Origin: an uncultured Acidobacteriaceae bacterium
Lineage (GTDB): Bacteria; Acidobacteriota; Terriglobia; Terriglobales; Acidobacteriaceae
DNA length: 64,000 nucleotides
Assembly (NCBI GenBank): GCA_963797135.1
Contig: CAWCOK010000011.1
Span: forward strand, 220,444-284,443
Direction of reading: 5' to 3'
The first letter of the stretch is position 1. Every line of letters begins with the position of its first letter. A program made the translations under genes and the position numbers. Below are positions 39,215-49,949 of this stretch, piece after piece. Under the pieces are notes generated by a model. The model did no database searches and was not told the DNA's origin. It saw only the letters and a program-made list of their open reading frames with translations.

Positions 39215-40796
39215 ATGAGCACAGAGCTTATTTACGACAGTGCTGTCAAAGATACTTTGACAACATTGACAGTGCGGGGAACGGATAACCTTCCAGTTTG
39301 GAAAAAATACACGCTCTTTGGGCTGCTGGCCAGTTTGTATCTGCTTCCGTTCATGCCGATTTATCTCTTAGGCACCGACGAGGGTACGCTTGATTACGGT
39401 GCTGTAAGGATTGCTCAAGGACAGGTATTCACACGAGACTTCTTTGAGGTCATTGGACCCGGAACGTTTTATTCTCTGGCGGCATTTTTCAAGCTCTTCG
39501 GAGTGAGCTTTCTGGTAAGCCGCGTGTACCTGTTTTTGATCTCGTTGGGAACCGCTCTGCTGATGTACTTTTTGTCTCGTCGGTTGTGTAGAACTCATCA
39601 GGCATTAGCAAGCATCTTTTTAGCCGCGACCTCCTTTGGTCTTTTATGGCCAGAGGTAGGTCATCATGTCGACAGCAATTTTTATGCGTTGATAACCGCT
39701 GCTTGCATCCTTCTCTGGTACGAGAGAAGAAGTAAATTCTTTTTATTTGCTGCTGGAGTGTCTGCGGGGATTACATCGGTTGTGCTGCAACCGAAAGGGT
39801 TCCTTCTGTTTGTTGCGCTTCTGGTATGGTTGTTGATTTTGCGCAAGCGTCGAGAGACTTCGTTATCCTCACTTGGCCATGTGATGATGGGCTACTTTGG
39901 AGTTCTCTCTCGTCGCCCTAGCGTTCTGGAGCAAGGGTGCTTTTCGGAGTCTTGTCTACGTAAACTTCATCTGGCCGCTGTTCCATTATCAAACGGTAAA
40001 CACCGTAACATACGCGGGCGACGTGGTCCTGAGTTTTCGCAACCACGTGGTGGAGGGGATCAAATGGACCATTCCCCTGGCGGCCGTACTAGTTACGCCC
40101 TTTCTCTTTGTCGCAGCGTTTCCGGTTTTATTGCCCGTCATTGGAGCGCGCCTTCGCTGGAACCTAAAACGAGCAGACGTGCTTCTTTTTTGGTTATGCG
40201 GTGCGGCGGTGCTTGCTTCAGAGTGGCACAGAAAAGATATAGCTCACCTCGTATTCGGATCGCCCTTTCTCATGATCCTCTGCGTTCACCTTTTGACTGA
40301 GTATCGTGGGAGAATCGCAACTTTCGCCATTAATGTGTTGTCAATCAGTTGCGTGACGTTAGCAGTGTTCAACTTACTGTGTGTGTTTCTAAGCGCGCAC
40401 TCGGTTACGACGTCCGTAGGGAAGATCAAGGTTTTCACGCAAGACGGCGCACTCGCTTTTGAAAGGGAACACGTCTCTTCTGGAGAAGAGATTTTTGCTT
40501 ATCCGTTCTGTCCTCGATACTACTTCTTGGGGGCGGCGAAAAATCCCACACCATATAGCCTGATGATTTACGGCTACAACACCCGCTCACAATTTCTGGA
40601 AGTGATCCGGATTCTCGAGGAGCGCAAGGTGAAGTACGTCTTCTGGGATACAAATTTGGAACAAGTTATGGCAGATGTTTTTCCAGCCGCAAATCACCCG
40701 CCCGCCGGTGGATTCATTATTGAGCCGTATCTTGAGTCGCATTACAGGGTCGTACAGGTATCGAACGGCACTCGCATCCTGGAGCGCAAGGAATAA
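39215..40796 (+). CDS. GT-C (PMT_2/ArnT-like) membrane glycosyltransferase; frameshift near 39900
   Basis: TDEG...AVRIAQGQVFTRDFFEVIGPG after TM1, many TMs, soluble C-terminal domain continuing in 39897..40796. Confidence 0.75.
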
Positions 40797-40798
40797 CT

Positions 40799-41521
40799 AT
40801 GCGCGATAATGCAAATCCCGAATTTGATCAGTATGCTCGCTCATACGACGGCCTCCTGGAAGATCCGATCAGGGATCGATTTGCTCGAGATCCACTCCAT
40901 TTCCATCGTAGAAAGTGGATTGTGCTCGAGCGTCTGCTCAATCGAGCAGGGGTCAATCCAAAGACACAGAGATGGCTGGATGTGGGGTGTGGCCGAGGAG
41001 AGCTATTGGACTTGGCGAGCGGTAGCTTCGCGCGGTCGATTGGCTGCGACCCTTCACATGGCATGCTTGTGTCTGGCGCTCGGGCAGATGTCTTTCAGCA
41101 GTCATCTTCGGTGGAACTGCCGTTTGAGGACAATTCTGCAGATCTGATTACTGCGGTATGCGTCTATCACCATGTTCATGGAGAGGCAAGGTCCCTCTTG
41201 ACCAGGGAGATTCGAAGAGTCCTTGCGCCCGGTGGTCTGTGCTGCATCATTGAGCACAACCCTTGGAATCCGGTGACTCGCTCGATCGTGAAGAGATGCC
41301 CGGTGGATGTTGATGCGGAGCTTCTTACCGCGCAGTCCGGATCCGCGTTGCTGAAATCGGCGGGTTTCGAGCGAGTTTGCGCGGATTACTTTTTGTTTCT
41401 GCCGGAGCGGCTATTCGATCGCATTGGAAGCGTGGAAGGAATGTTTTCGAAGGTGCCCCTGGGCGGACAGTACGCCCTTCTGGCTCGATCGACTAAGCCA
41501 TCTGTCACTCCTAGTCGCTAA
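40799..41521 (+). CDS. Class I SAM-dependent methyltransferase
   Basis: WLDVGCGRG, LPFEDNSADLI, VYHHV, RVLAPGG, EHNPWNP, PLGGQY. Confidence 0.9.
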   Translation: MRDNANPEFDQYARSYDGLLEDPIRDRFARDPLHFHRRKWIVLERLLNRAGVNPKTQRWLDVGCGRGELLDLASGSFARSIGCDPSHGMLVSGARADVFQQSSSVELPFEDNSADLITAVCVYHHVHGEARSLLTREIRRVLAPGGLCCIIEHNPWNPVTRSIVKRCPVDVDAELLTAQSGSALLKSAGFERVCADYFLFLPERLFDRIGSVEGMFSKVPLGGQYALLARSTKPSVTPSR

Positions 41522-41637
41522 TCAACAGGACGACTAAGCCTCTGCTGTCATTTGCCGGCGTCGTGCACGAATAGCCACACAGGTTTATCCTTTGGTTCGG
41601 AAGGTGTGGAGATCCGAACTCACCCTAGAGGTCTGAC

Positions 41638-42927
41638 ATGAAGAAGCGCGTGGCGGCGTCCCGGGCACAGCAACAAACTGCAACGCCGAGCAGAAAGCCC
41701 TGGATTGTAGGCATCGTGATCGTCGCGGCAGCCTTGGCCTGTATCGTGATTTATCAGCGGTCGGCGCCATCTTCCGCCGAGGCATCTGGAGCGCCCGCAT
41801 CTGCAGCGGAAACAAGCGCAAGTGGGAAACCGGAAGTAAAGGATGGCAACGTTTCGAAGACTACTTCTGAACCAGAGATGAAGGCGGTTGTCTTCGAGCC
41901 CACTATCCCTAACAAGACACCTCGTCCTACTAAGGCTCCATCGGGAATGGTTTGGATCCCTGGTGGAGAGTTTTCCATGGGTGCGCAGGACCCTCCGGGT
42001 ATGGATGAGGTGGGGATGAAGGCGACTCTCGACTCTCGCCCCGTCCATCGTGTGTACGTCGATGGGTTCTTCATGGACACGATGGATGTCACCAACGCCG
42101 AGTTCGAAAAGTTTGTGAAGGCTACTGGATATGTGACGATTGCAGAGCAAAAGCCACGCGCCGAAGACTTTCCCGGAGCCCCTCCGGAAAACCTCGTGGC
42201 AGGCTCGGTCGTTTTTTCGCCACCGGACCATCCTGTGGCCCTTAACAACTTCTACCAGTGGTGGAACTATGTGCCAGGTGCGAACTGGCGTCATCCGCTC
42301 GGACCCAACAGTACGATTGTGGGCAAGGCAAATTACCCAGTAGTTCAGATCGCCTATGCAGACGCTCTCGCGTATGCGAAATGGGCGGGGAAGCGGCTTC
42401 CTACTGAGGCAGAGTGGGAGTTCGCTGGCCGTGGCGGGCTCACTGGTAAGCCGTATGTCTGGGGCGACGAATTCAAGCCTCAGGGAAAGTGGATGGCAAA
42501 TACTCACGAAGGACATTTCCCGGACAAGGACACTGGCGGCGATGGATACGTCGGAATCGCTCCTGTAGGAAAGTTTGCACCGAATGGTTATGGCCTCTTT
42601 GATATGGCCGGCAACGTATGGCAATGGACCAGCGATTGGTATCGGCCTGACTATTACCAGCGCCTCAAGGCATCTGGCGTGGCGAAAAATCCGCAGGGGC
42701 CAGACTCGTCGTACGACCCATCGGAACCTGGGCACGCGAAGAAGGTGCATCGCGGCGGATCATTTCTTTGTACTGACCAGTACTGCTCGCGCTACATGAT
42801 TGGGACTCGGGGTAAAGGCGAGGCAGATACCGGAACGAATCACCTCGGCTTTCGGTGCGTGATGACTCTGCCGCAATCGCAGGCTGCTCAGAATGAACCC
42901 GAGAAGAGTTCGCCTCACGGGCAATAG
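41638..42927 (+). CDS. Formylglycine-generating enzyme (sulfatase-modifying factor) with N-terminal membrane anchor
   Basis: IPGGEFSMG, VTNAEFEKFV, RLPTEAEWEFA, NGYGLFDMAGNVWQW, RGGSFLCTDQYCSRY with both catalytic Cys, HLGFRC. Confidence 0.93.
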   Translation: MKKRVAASRAQQQTATPSRKPWIVGIVIVAAALACIVIYQRSAPSSAEASGAPASAAETSASGKPEVKDGNVSKTTSEPEMKAVVFEPTIPNKTPRPTKAPSGMVWIPGGEFSMGAQDPPGMDEVGMKATLDSRPVHRVYVDGFFMDTMDVTNAEFEKFVKATGYVTIAEQKPRAEDFPGAPPENLVAGSVVFSPPDHPVALNNFYQWWNYVPGANWRHPLGPNSTIVGKANYPVVQIAYADALAYAKWAGKRLPTEAEWEFAGRGGLTGKPYVWGDEFKPQGKWMANTHEGHFPDKDTGGDGYVGIAPVGKFAPNGYGLFDMAGNVWQWTSDWYRPDYYQRLKASGVAKNPQGPDSSYDPSEPGHAKKVHRGGSFLCTDQYCSRYMIGTRGKGEADTGTNHLGFRCVMTLPQSQAAQNEPEKSSPHGQ

Positions 42928-42939
42928 GCTTCCCGCATT

Positions 42940-44289
42940 TCAGTCCGGTGTCTGCGGGGGATTCAGAAACGGAAGATGATAGATTTGTCGGCTTGATAGA
43001 TGCCGTTGGGACGCCTTCCTCTGCTGCTTGAGCAGGGTGGCGAGTGGCGATCCCTTCCAATTGGCTGCGCCAGTTCTCGCAAACAGCGCAGCGCCTAAGC
43101 CATCGATCTCGGAACTAAGCGCGGCATTCTCCTCGTGTTGCAACATTTGATCGATTGTCCATCCCGGATGCACAATCTTGATCCATTGGAGAAGCAGGGT
43201 GTATGACAGCCCGGCTCGGTTTCTCTCGCAAGCATTCATAAGCTCACGAAAAATTGCGCTTTCGGTATGGCGCTGTCGCTCGCGATATGCCGCAAATTTG
43301 CGAAAGGCACGTGGCAGAAAATGCAAGCCCGCCCACAGGAAAAGTATCGCAGCGATGCAGGATGGCACCGCAATCAATATGGTGCGTCGATAAAGTTTCC
43401 ATCTACTTACGGGCTTGGCTGGGACTACAGGTGCTACTTCAGGCTCCGGAGGAAGTTCCGCGACGTAGCCCGGGTTTGCCGCGACAGTAAGGTGAACTGC
43501 TGGAAGGGTTGCGGTCATCATGCGATGAGTGCCGAGGTTCCACCATTTCAGCTCGATTGGCGGAAGAGTGTAATCGCCCTCGTGCTGAAGAAAGTACTTC
43601 GCACTTTCGGTGCGACGTCCGTAGACGAAGTCGCCGCGAGCAGTCTTGTGCTCTTGAACAACCGGCTCCTCAGGATAGACACGAATGCCCTGGGATGCTT
43701 TGAGAGGAAGAGGTGGAATTAACATCGCCTGCATCTTCGTTGCAGTGACCGTGATGGTTCTTTCAATCGAATCGCCTACACGAAGATGCTCCATCGGGCG
43801 CGACCACCTTTGTTGCATCGTCAAACTTGTGGTCGGTAGGAAATAGTCGAGACCTTGAGCTGCAGCAGGAACATTTGCGTGAAACGAAAGAGCGGGCAAT
43901 GACACTTTTGCCTGGACACTCTTAGGCGGAGCGATTGCGTAGGGTACAAGGATCTCTGCTGGCGGTAGATGAAAATCACCTGCCTGTTGCGGATAGATGA
44001 CATAGGTCTCAGTGATACCCGCGTAAGTTGCGCCTCCTATCTGCGTGTTTGAGTTTTCGGGACGATCCTGTGGCATAACGATAATCGCGTTTTCCATCTC
44101 GAACTCTGGAAATTCAGGCGAACCCGTGAAGTAGTTAGGGACAAAGACCGAAACCACCAATCGAACCGGTTGCCCAACGAGGATTTCGTTAGAGGGTTCT
44201 AAATGAGCGCGAATCACGGGGCTTTGCGCAACAGCGATAGCATTAAGCAGCCCAGCAAGCAGCATAGCTATTGATCGTAGGAGTTTCAT
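42940..44289 (-). CDS. batD: BatD-like protein
   Basis: Signal peptide, VGQPV, YVIYPQQAGDF.LP, VGDSIERTIT, LPPIELKWWN, C-terminal TM; last gene of the MoxR/VWA operon. Start ATG 44289 overlaps the upstream stop. Confidence 0.8.
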   Translation of the reverse strand: MKLLRSIAMLLAGLLNAIAVAQSPVIRAHLEPSNEILVGQPVRLVVSVFVPNYFTGSPEFPEFEMENAIIVMPQDRPENSNTQIGGATYAGITETYVIYPQQAGDFHLPPAEILVPYAIAPPKSVQAKVSLPALSFHANVPAAAQGLDYFLPTTSLTMQQRWSRPMEHLRVGDSIERTITVTATKMQAMLIPPLPLKASQGIRVYPEEPVVQEHKTARGDFVYGRRTESAKYFLQHEGDYTLPPIELKWWNLGTHRMMTATLPAVHLTVAANPGYVAELPPEPEVAPVVPAKPVSRWKLYRRTILIAVPSCIAAILFLWAGLHFLPRAFRKFAAYRERQRHTESAIFRELMNACERNRAGLSYTLLLQWIKIVHPGWTIDQMLQHEENAALSSEIDGLGAALFARTGAANWKGSPLATLLKQQRKASQRHLSSRQIYHLPFLNPPQTPD

Positions 44290-45878
44290 CGGTGACGCTC
44301 CTGCGCGGCCTGAATGGCAAAGCGGCGTCTTAGGAAATCGGCAGGAGTGGTCTGGATGTTGCGCATCCATATATCGGCCATCTTTGCGGGATCGAGTTGC
44401 TGGATCTGGGTCTTCTTACCTTGTTTGCCCTTCTTATCGAACTTCACCTGATCGGGAGGGAGATCTGGGGCGATCTCTTGTTGCTCGTCTTCTTTGTCCT
44501 TCTGCTTTGGGATCAGCGATTGAACCAGCGCGAGGTTCTCCTGAGCTTCGGGCCATGGGGACCGCAGTCGCAGTGCTTGTTGATAAGCCTGAACTGCTTC
44601 CGGGTATTTTCCGAGATGGGCCAGCGCGTCGCCTTGGTTAAACCACGATTCGGCGGATTCGCCGAGAGCGAATGCGTTAACGGCACTCTCGTAGTCTCCA
44701 GCACGGGCCAGTGCGAGGCCACGCCATTGCGGATCGTCGAATACTTCCGCGGCCCTTCGATATTCCGCTTTCTGGAAGTAGTAGCGACCTTGCTGATCAT
44801 GTGTGAGCCATAGGTCGAGCCACGAAAAGCTTGAAGGACTCGACGGAGGAAGAATGAAGATGAGCGCAGCGGCAGAGGTCCAGCGTACAGTCCATCCCTT
44901 GCGGAACCACAGCGCAGCGATCGCAGCAATTGGAAAGGTAAGCCAGTAGCCCTCATCAATCCATCGCGTCTTCGAGTTCTTCTGTTGCACAGCTTCGAGG
45001 TGATGCTGCACCCGGCGTTGAATCCACTTGATGTCGTCGTCGTTCAGTGTGAGGGTGGTTGCGGCGATGTTGATACGACTTAGAGACCGGAGGGCATCAA
45101 CATCCAGCCTCGAATAGACGCGCCGGCCAAAGTTGTCATTGAGGAAGCTATTGCCGGCCGTTCTAACGGGACCACCGCCGGAGGTTCCTGCGCCCATGAC
45201 GAGAACTTCGTTCTCGTTGTCTTCCTCCGCGGTGAATTGGCGAAGTGCGGGCAGCGCCTGCGGTTCGATGCCGTCGGTGATAAAGAGAATGGTGCCAGGC
45301 ACCGTCTCGCCTTTCAGGAAGTCTTCAATCGCGTGCAGCGCTCCTGCCGTGTCTTTCCCCCGGCTTGGCATCAACGATGTTGACAGCGAGTTGAGATAGA
45401 GATCGAAGAGTGAATCGTCGGTCGTGAAAGGAAGCACCATATGCGCGGTGCCGGCATAGACGAAGAGTGCTGTGCGGCCGCCATTTCTGACTTTGAGCAG
45501 ATCGCGAAGCTTCAACTTGACTCGTTCGAGTCGAGTCGGGTCGAGGTCGATAGCGTTCATCGTCTCGGAGAGATCGAGTGCAAGAACCAGTGGAGCTTTG
45601 TCCTCGGTAAATGGAGGCTGTTCGTGCTTCCATGCCGGTCCGGCTACCGCAATAGCTCCCAGCACTATGAGCGCTGCAACCATGTCCACCGGGCGAAAAC
45701 GCCAGTTTCTCTTTCGCGCCACGATCAAATGATCAAGTAGGTCGGGCTCGATATAGCGCTTCCACCGTGCACGGACGTCGTCTCGGATGTGGAAAGAAAG
45801 GTAAATCACCGGAACTGCGAGCAGCAGCCATAACCACTGGGGCCGGAGAAAGTGCAGGGCCTTAAACCACTCAGTCAT
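44286..45878 (-). CDS. VWA domain + TPR protein (BatB/BatC-like fusion)
   Basis: HFLRPQWLWLL, LALDLSETM, PTRLER, FITDG, TPR repeats, acidic/Gln tail, PADFLRRRF. Confidence 0.87.
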   Translation of the reverse strand: MTEWFKALHFLRPQWLWLLLAVPVIYLSFHIRDDVRARWKRYIEPDLLDHLIVARKRNWRFRPVDMVAALIVLGAIAVAGPAWKHEQPPFTEDKAPLVLALDLSETMNAIDLDPTRLERVKLKLRDLLKVRNGGRTALFVYAGTAHMVLPFTTDDSLFDLYLNSLSTSLMPSRGKDTAGALHAIEDFLKGETVPGTILFITDGIEPQALPALRQFTAEEDNENEVLVMGAGTSGGGPVRTAGNSFLNDNFGRRVYSRLDVDALRSLSRINIAATTLTLNDDDIKWIQRRVQHHLEAVQQKNSKTRWIDEGYWLTFPIAAIAALWFRKGWTVRWTSAAALIFILPPSSPSSFSWLDLWLTHDQQGRYYFQKAEYRRAAEVFDDPQWRGLALARAGDYESAVNAFALGESAESWFNQGDALAHLGKYPEAVQAYQQALRLRSPWPEAQENLALVQSLIPKQKDKEDEQQEIAPDLPPDQVKFDKKGKQGKKTQIQQLDPAKMADIWMRNIQTTPADFLRRRFAIQAAQERHR

Positions 45879-46915
45879 ACATGCACCTTCAGCACATGCG
45901 AGCTAGTGGTTTCCGCTGGCTGTTCATGTCGCGCGATAAGTCCTCTTACAAAGCTGATGAGTAGCATGATGAGGTGATAGCCGATGAGCAAGAGGACGGC
46001 GGCTCCCAGCGGAAACATGAACAACTCGCGACGCGGCTGGTAGCTCAGGGTCTTGAAGTTCTGTGGCGTAATCTTGTCGAGGGTCGCGTATGCCTTTTCA
46101 AGCTCGACGCGGTTCTCGCCGTGGAAGACTTGGCCGCCGGTTGCTTTAGCGATGCTGTTCAGCGCGTTGTAGTCGACCTTATCTTCGCCGGTCGCACGCG
46201 GATCTCCGAGACCAACTACATGAATTGTGATTCCGTTCTGCTGCGCGATCTCGGCTGCCTTACGCGGCGGCATGCGACTTCCAGTGTCGTTGCCGTCGGT
46301 CAGCAGGATGAGCATCCGGTGCTTGGCCTCAGTATTTTGAAACTGCTTGATCGCGAGGCCGATTGCGTCGCCAATCATGGTTTGTGGGCCCGCCATCCCT
46401 GCATCTATCTGGCCGAGTATCTTGAGGCAGGCGTCGTGATCTAGCGTGAACGGTGTGACGGGATATGCAGATTGACCAAAGACGATCAGGCCAATTCGGT
46501 CATGCTTGCGTTTGCGGATGAACTCGCTGACCACCTCTTTTACCGCGTCTACGCGGCGCATGCGTTTGCCGTCGGGAGTGCGAAAGTCGGGAGTTTCCAT
46601 CGACTGCGAGATGTCGAGGGCGAGCATCAGATCGCGCCCGGGCTCGATCTTTTGAATGGGAGGCTCGATGAATTGAGGCCGCGCAAGCGCGAGAACTACG
46701 AGGCACCAGCATATTGGAGCGACAATCTTCTGCAGCCAGTTTGTTCGGGGAACGACGGCTCCAGGCCGAGGAGTGAGGCCAAGGCTTTCACTGATGTACT
46801 GGAAGAACGGCAGGCGCAGCGAGTCTTGCTCCTCTTTATAGGCTGGCAGCAGCCAGTAGATCAGTAGAGGCAACGGCAGTAGAGCGAGCAGCCAGGGATG
46901 ATCAAGCCTGTACAC
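45875..46915 (-). CDS. batA: VWA domain protein (BatA-like)
   Basis: ALARPQ, RDLMLALDISQSM (MIDAS), DRIGLIVFG, TMIGDAIGLA, ILLTDGNDT, IAKATGG. Confidence 0.88.
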   Translation of the reverse strand: MYRLDHPWLLALLPLPLLIYWLLPAYKEEQDSLRLPFFQYISESLGLTPRPGAVVPRTNWLQKIVAPICWCLVVLALARPQFIEPPIQKIEPGRDLMLALDISQSMETPDFRTPDGKRMRRVDAVKEVVSEFIRKRKHDRIGLIVFGQSAYPVTPFTLDHDACLKILGQIDAGMAGPQTMIGDAIGLAIKQFQNTEAKHRMLILLTDGNDTGSRMPPRKAAEIAQQNGITIHVVGLGDPRATGEDKVDYNALNSIAKATGGQVFHGENRVELEKAYATLDKITPQNFKTLSYQPRRELFMFPLGAAVLLLIGYHLIMLLISFVRGLIARHEQPAETTSSHVLKVHV

Positions 46916-47348
46916 GATGCCTCCTGATCCAGGTTGCGGCGACGTGTCTTACGGCTTGCTCTTCTTCGCTGGATAGCCTTGATGATCGTAATGCCAGCTC
47001 TTCGATGAGGCTCGCGGGCATGGCGCGAAACAGGTCTTCACCGGCGGATGTGTTGAGAAATGCGAGCCATGCATCACCGCTGAGGGACGCGACCTTTTCG
47101 CGTGGCCACGCCGCAAGCGCAGTGCGTTTGAGCAGCGCAGAGATTTGCTCAGGTGGCAGCAGCGGAAGCTCACGCAGAGCTTCCCGGCGGTATCGATTAG
47201 CGAGCCACTTCCTGATGAAATGAACGGCGATCCAGATCGCGGCTGCAGCGCCAACCGCAAAGACGACGTACCAGCCAATGGTTTGCGGCATCCACGAGGG
47301 AGGGGGTGGTTGGTAGAAGTCGTGGAGCTTATCGAGAGGGGCGCTCAC
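46902..47348 (-). CDS. DUF4381-like membrane protein
   Basis: LHDFYQPPPPSWMPQTIGW, YRREALREL, LLKRTAL, SLSGDAWLAFL. GTG start overlaps the DUF58 stop. Confidence 0.82.
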   Translation of the reverse strand: MSAPLDKLHDFYQPPPPSWMPQTIGWYVVFAVGAAAAIWIAVHFIRKWLANRYRREALRELPLLPPEQISALLKRTALAAWPREKVASLSGDAWLAFLNTSAGEDLFRAMPASLIEELALRSSRLSSEEEQAVRHVAATWIRRHRVQA

Positions 47349-48271
47349 AGTCTTCTCCTCTCCGTAATCTTTCCCAGCAGGTGGCGTAGCTGGGTTGAGA
47401 CGTCTTCCGCGGTGCTCAAAGGCAGCACGGGAACTCCGAGCTCGTGTTGCCACGAGAGTATTGCGTGGATGCGTCTGTCGGAGGCGTCAAGGATGTTCTT
47501 TCGTACCTTCTCCTGGCCTAGCTGCAACTCGACCTGCAGTTCGCCGTTGCTCACGACCAGTTGCTCTGCAGCGGGTAGGTGGACAGCAAGAGGATCGTAT
47601 GCGAGGCAGCAGATGACGTCGTTCGACTGCGAGAGATGCATCAGCAGATCGCGGGTCGTGTCGTCCGCACCGTCGAAGTCGCTGGCGATGATGATAAGGG
47701 CGTCATGATGGCAGACGCGGGCGACCGACGCGAGGACTTCATTCAGACGTTCGGGCCGAATCGGTGACGCGACGTCGCTGCGAAGCAGGTGGTTCTGACG
47801 GACGATACGGTCGAGGATGCGGAGCACATTTGCGCGGCTGCGATGCATGCGTATCTCTTCAGTGGAGTCGTCGTTGAAGACAAATGCTCCGACGCGATCG
47901 CCTTGATGGAAGACACGCCACGCGGCGAGAGCAGCGACTTCAGCGGCTACGACCGACTTCATTGAAACGCGGCTCCCGAAGAACATATTGATGCGCTGGT
48001 CGACGACCAGCATGGTTGGGCGGTCGCGTTCTTCGGAGTAGACGCGTACGTAGGGTTTTCTCGTACGCGCGGTAACGCGCCAGTCGATACTTCTTACGTC
48101 GTCTCCGGCGACATAGCCGCGCAGTTCTTCGAAGTCGAGCCCCCGGCCGTGGACTCGTGATGCTCGCCGGCCAAAGAGGAGGCTATGGGTGGGCTGATTG
48201 TGTTTCAGGGAGAAGCCGCCAGCCTTGAACTGCAGGGCCACCAGCGAATCGAGTTCGGCGTAGGCTCCCAT
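47345..48271 (-). CDS. DUF58-family protein
   Basis: GRGLDFEELRGYVAGDDVRSIDWRVTAR, EERDRP, MFFGS, ASDF. Confidence 0.92.
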   Translation of the reverse strand: MGAYAELDSLVALQFKAGGFSLKHNQPTHSLLFGRRASRVHGRGLDFEELRGYVAGDDVRSIDWRVTARTRKPYVRVYSEERDRPTMLVVDQRINMFFGSRVSMKSVVAAEVAALAAWRVFHQGDRVGAFVFNDDSTEEIRMHRSRANVLRILDRIVRQNHLLRSDVASPIRPERLNEVLASVARVCHHDALIIIASDFDGADDTTRDLLMHLSQSNDVICCLAYDPLAVHLPAAEQLVVSNGELQVELQLGQEKVRKNILDASDRRIHAILSWQHELGVPVLPLSTAEDVSTQLRHLLGKITERRRL

Positions 48272-48280
48272 TTCGCATCC

Positions 48281-49267
<987 letters not shown>

Positions 49268-49360
49268 CTCCTTGAGCGAAGGTGTTTTGCTGAGTGTCTA
49301 CGAGCTGAGACTCATGAAAGGGAACGATAACCAAAGAACCGGTGGGAAGCAAATCACAGC

Positions 49361-49593
49361 CACCCCTCCCCTCCCTCCTTTTTTGGCTAAATGCTCATTA
49401 CAATGTACTTAGGTTCGTACCTCATCATTGGCATAGCCGGCTTGCCGACTTTGCCCAGCGGGTTGAGGGGCGCTGAGATTGAGCTGAGTTTGGGGATTTG
49501 TCCACTAATTCCATTGTATCGAGATAGAGGTAATTAATCGGCAACGAGTAAACCAACTATTTTCAATGATTTGTGCATCGTAGGGACTTGACA
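49361..49593 (+). repeat. ~230-bp AT-rich intergenic element, copy B
   Basis: Colinear with the reverse complement of 32277-32510; C-rich left end CACCCCTCCCC, right end GGGACTTGACA. Confidence 0.6.
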
Positions 49594-49949
49594 TCAAAAA
49601 TTTCAGCAGTTTTTGGCGAAAGAATTCGCTAACTCATTGTTTTTGCTGCGCTTGCTTACCGGGATCAGTACATCTTTCGAATGTTGACTTGACTTGATTC
49701 CGAGAGGCGAGGAAAATCCTCCAACGAAGTAGCCCTTGTATTTTCTGATTATTGAAGCTATCTCCCGGGCCCTTGCGAACATAGCTGGTTTTCGATTTGA
49801 GGTTTCGTGGGATTGGCTATCACGGCTGCTGATCACGAATGGTTCCCATTTGGGAACCTCAGGGTCCAGTCTTCAGATCCATCGACTGCATTCCTTACGT
49901 TTCCTCACATGACCTGAAGCGGGCCGTTGAGACGAATGGGAGCTGTCCG

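Noticed and set aside
49603-49836. 77-aa minus-strand ORF and TTGAC tandem repeat in the moxR-sulfatase intergenic region
   Set aside because: AT-rich, no motif or clear SD; most likely promoter DNA.
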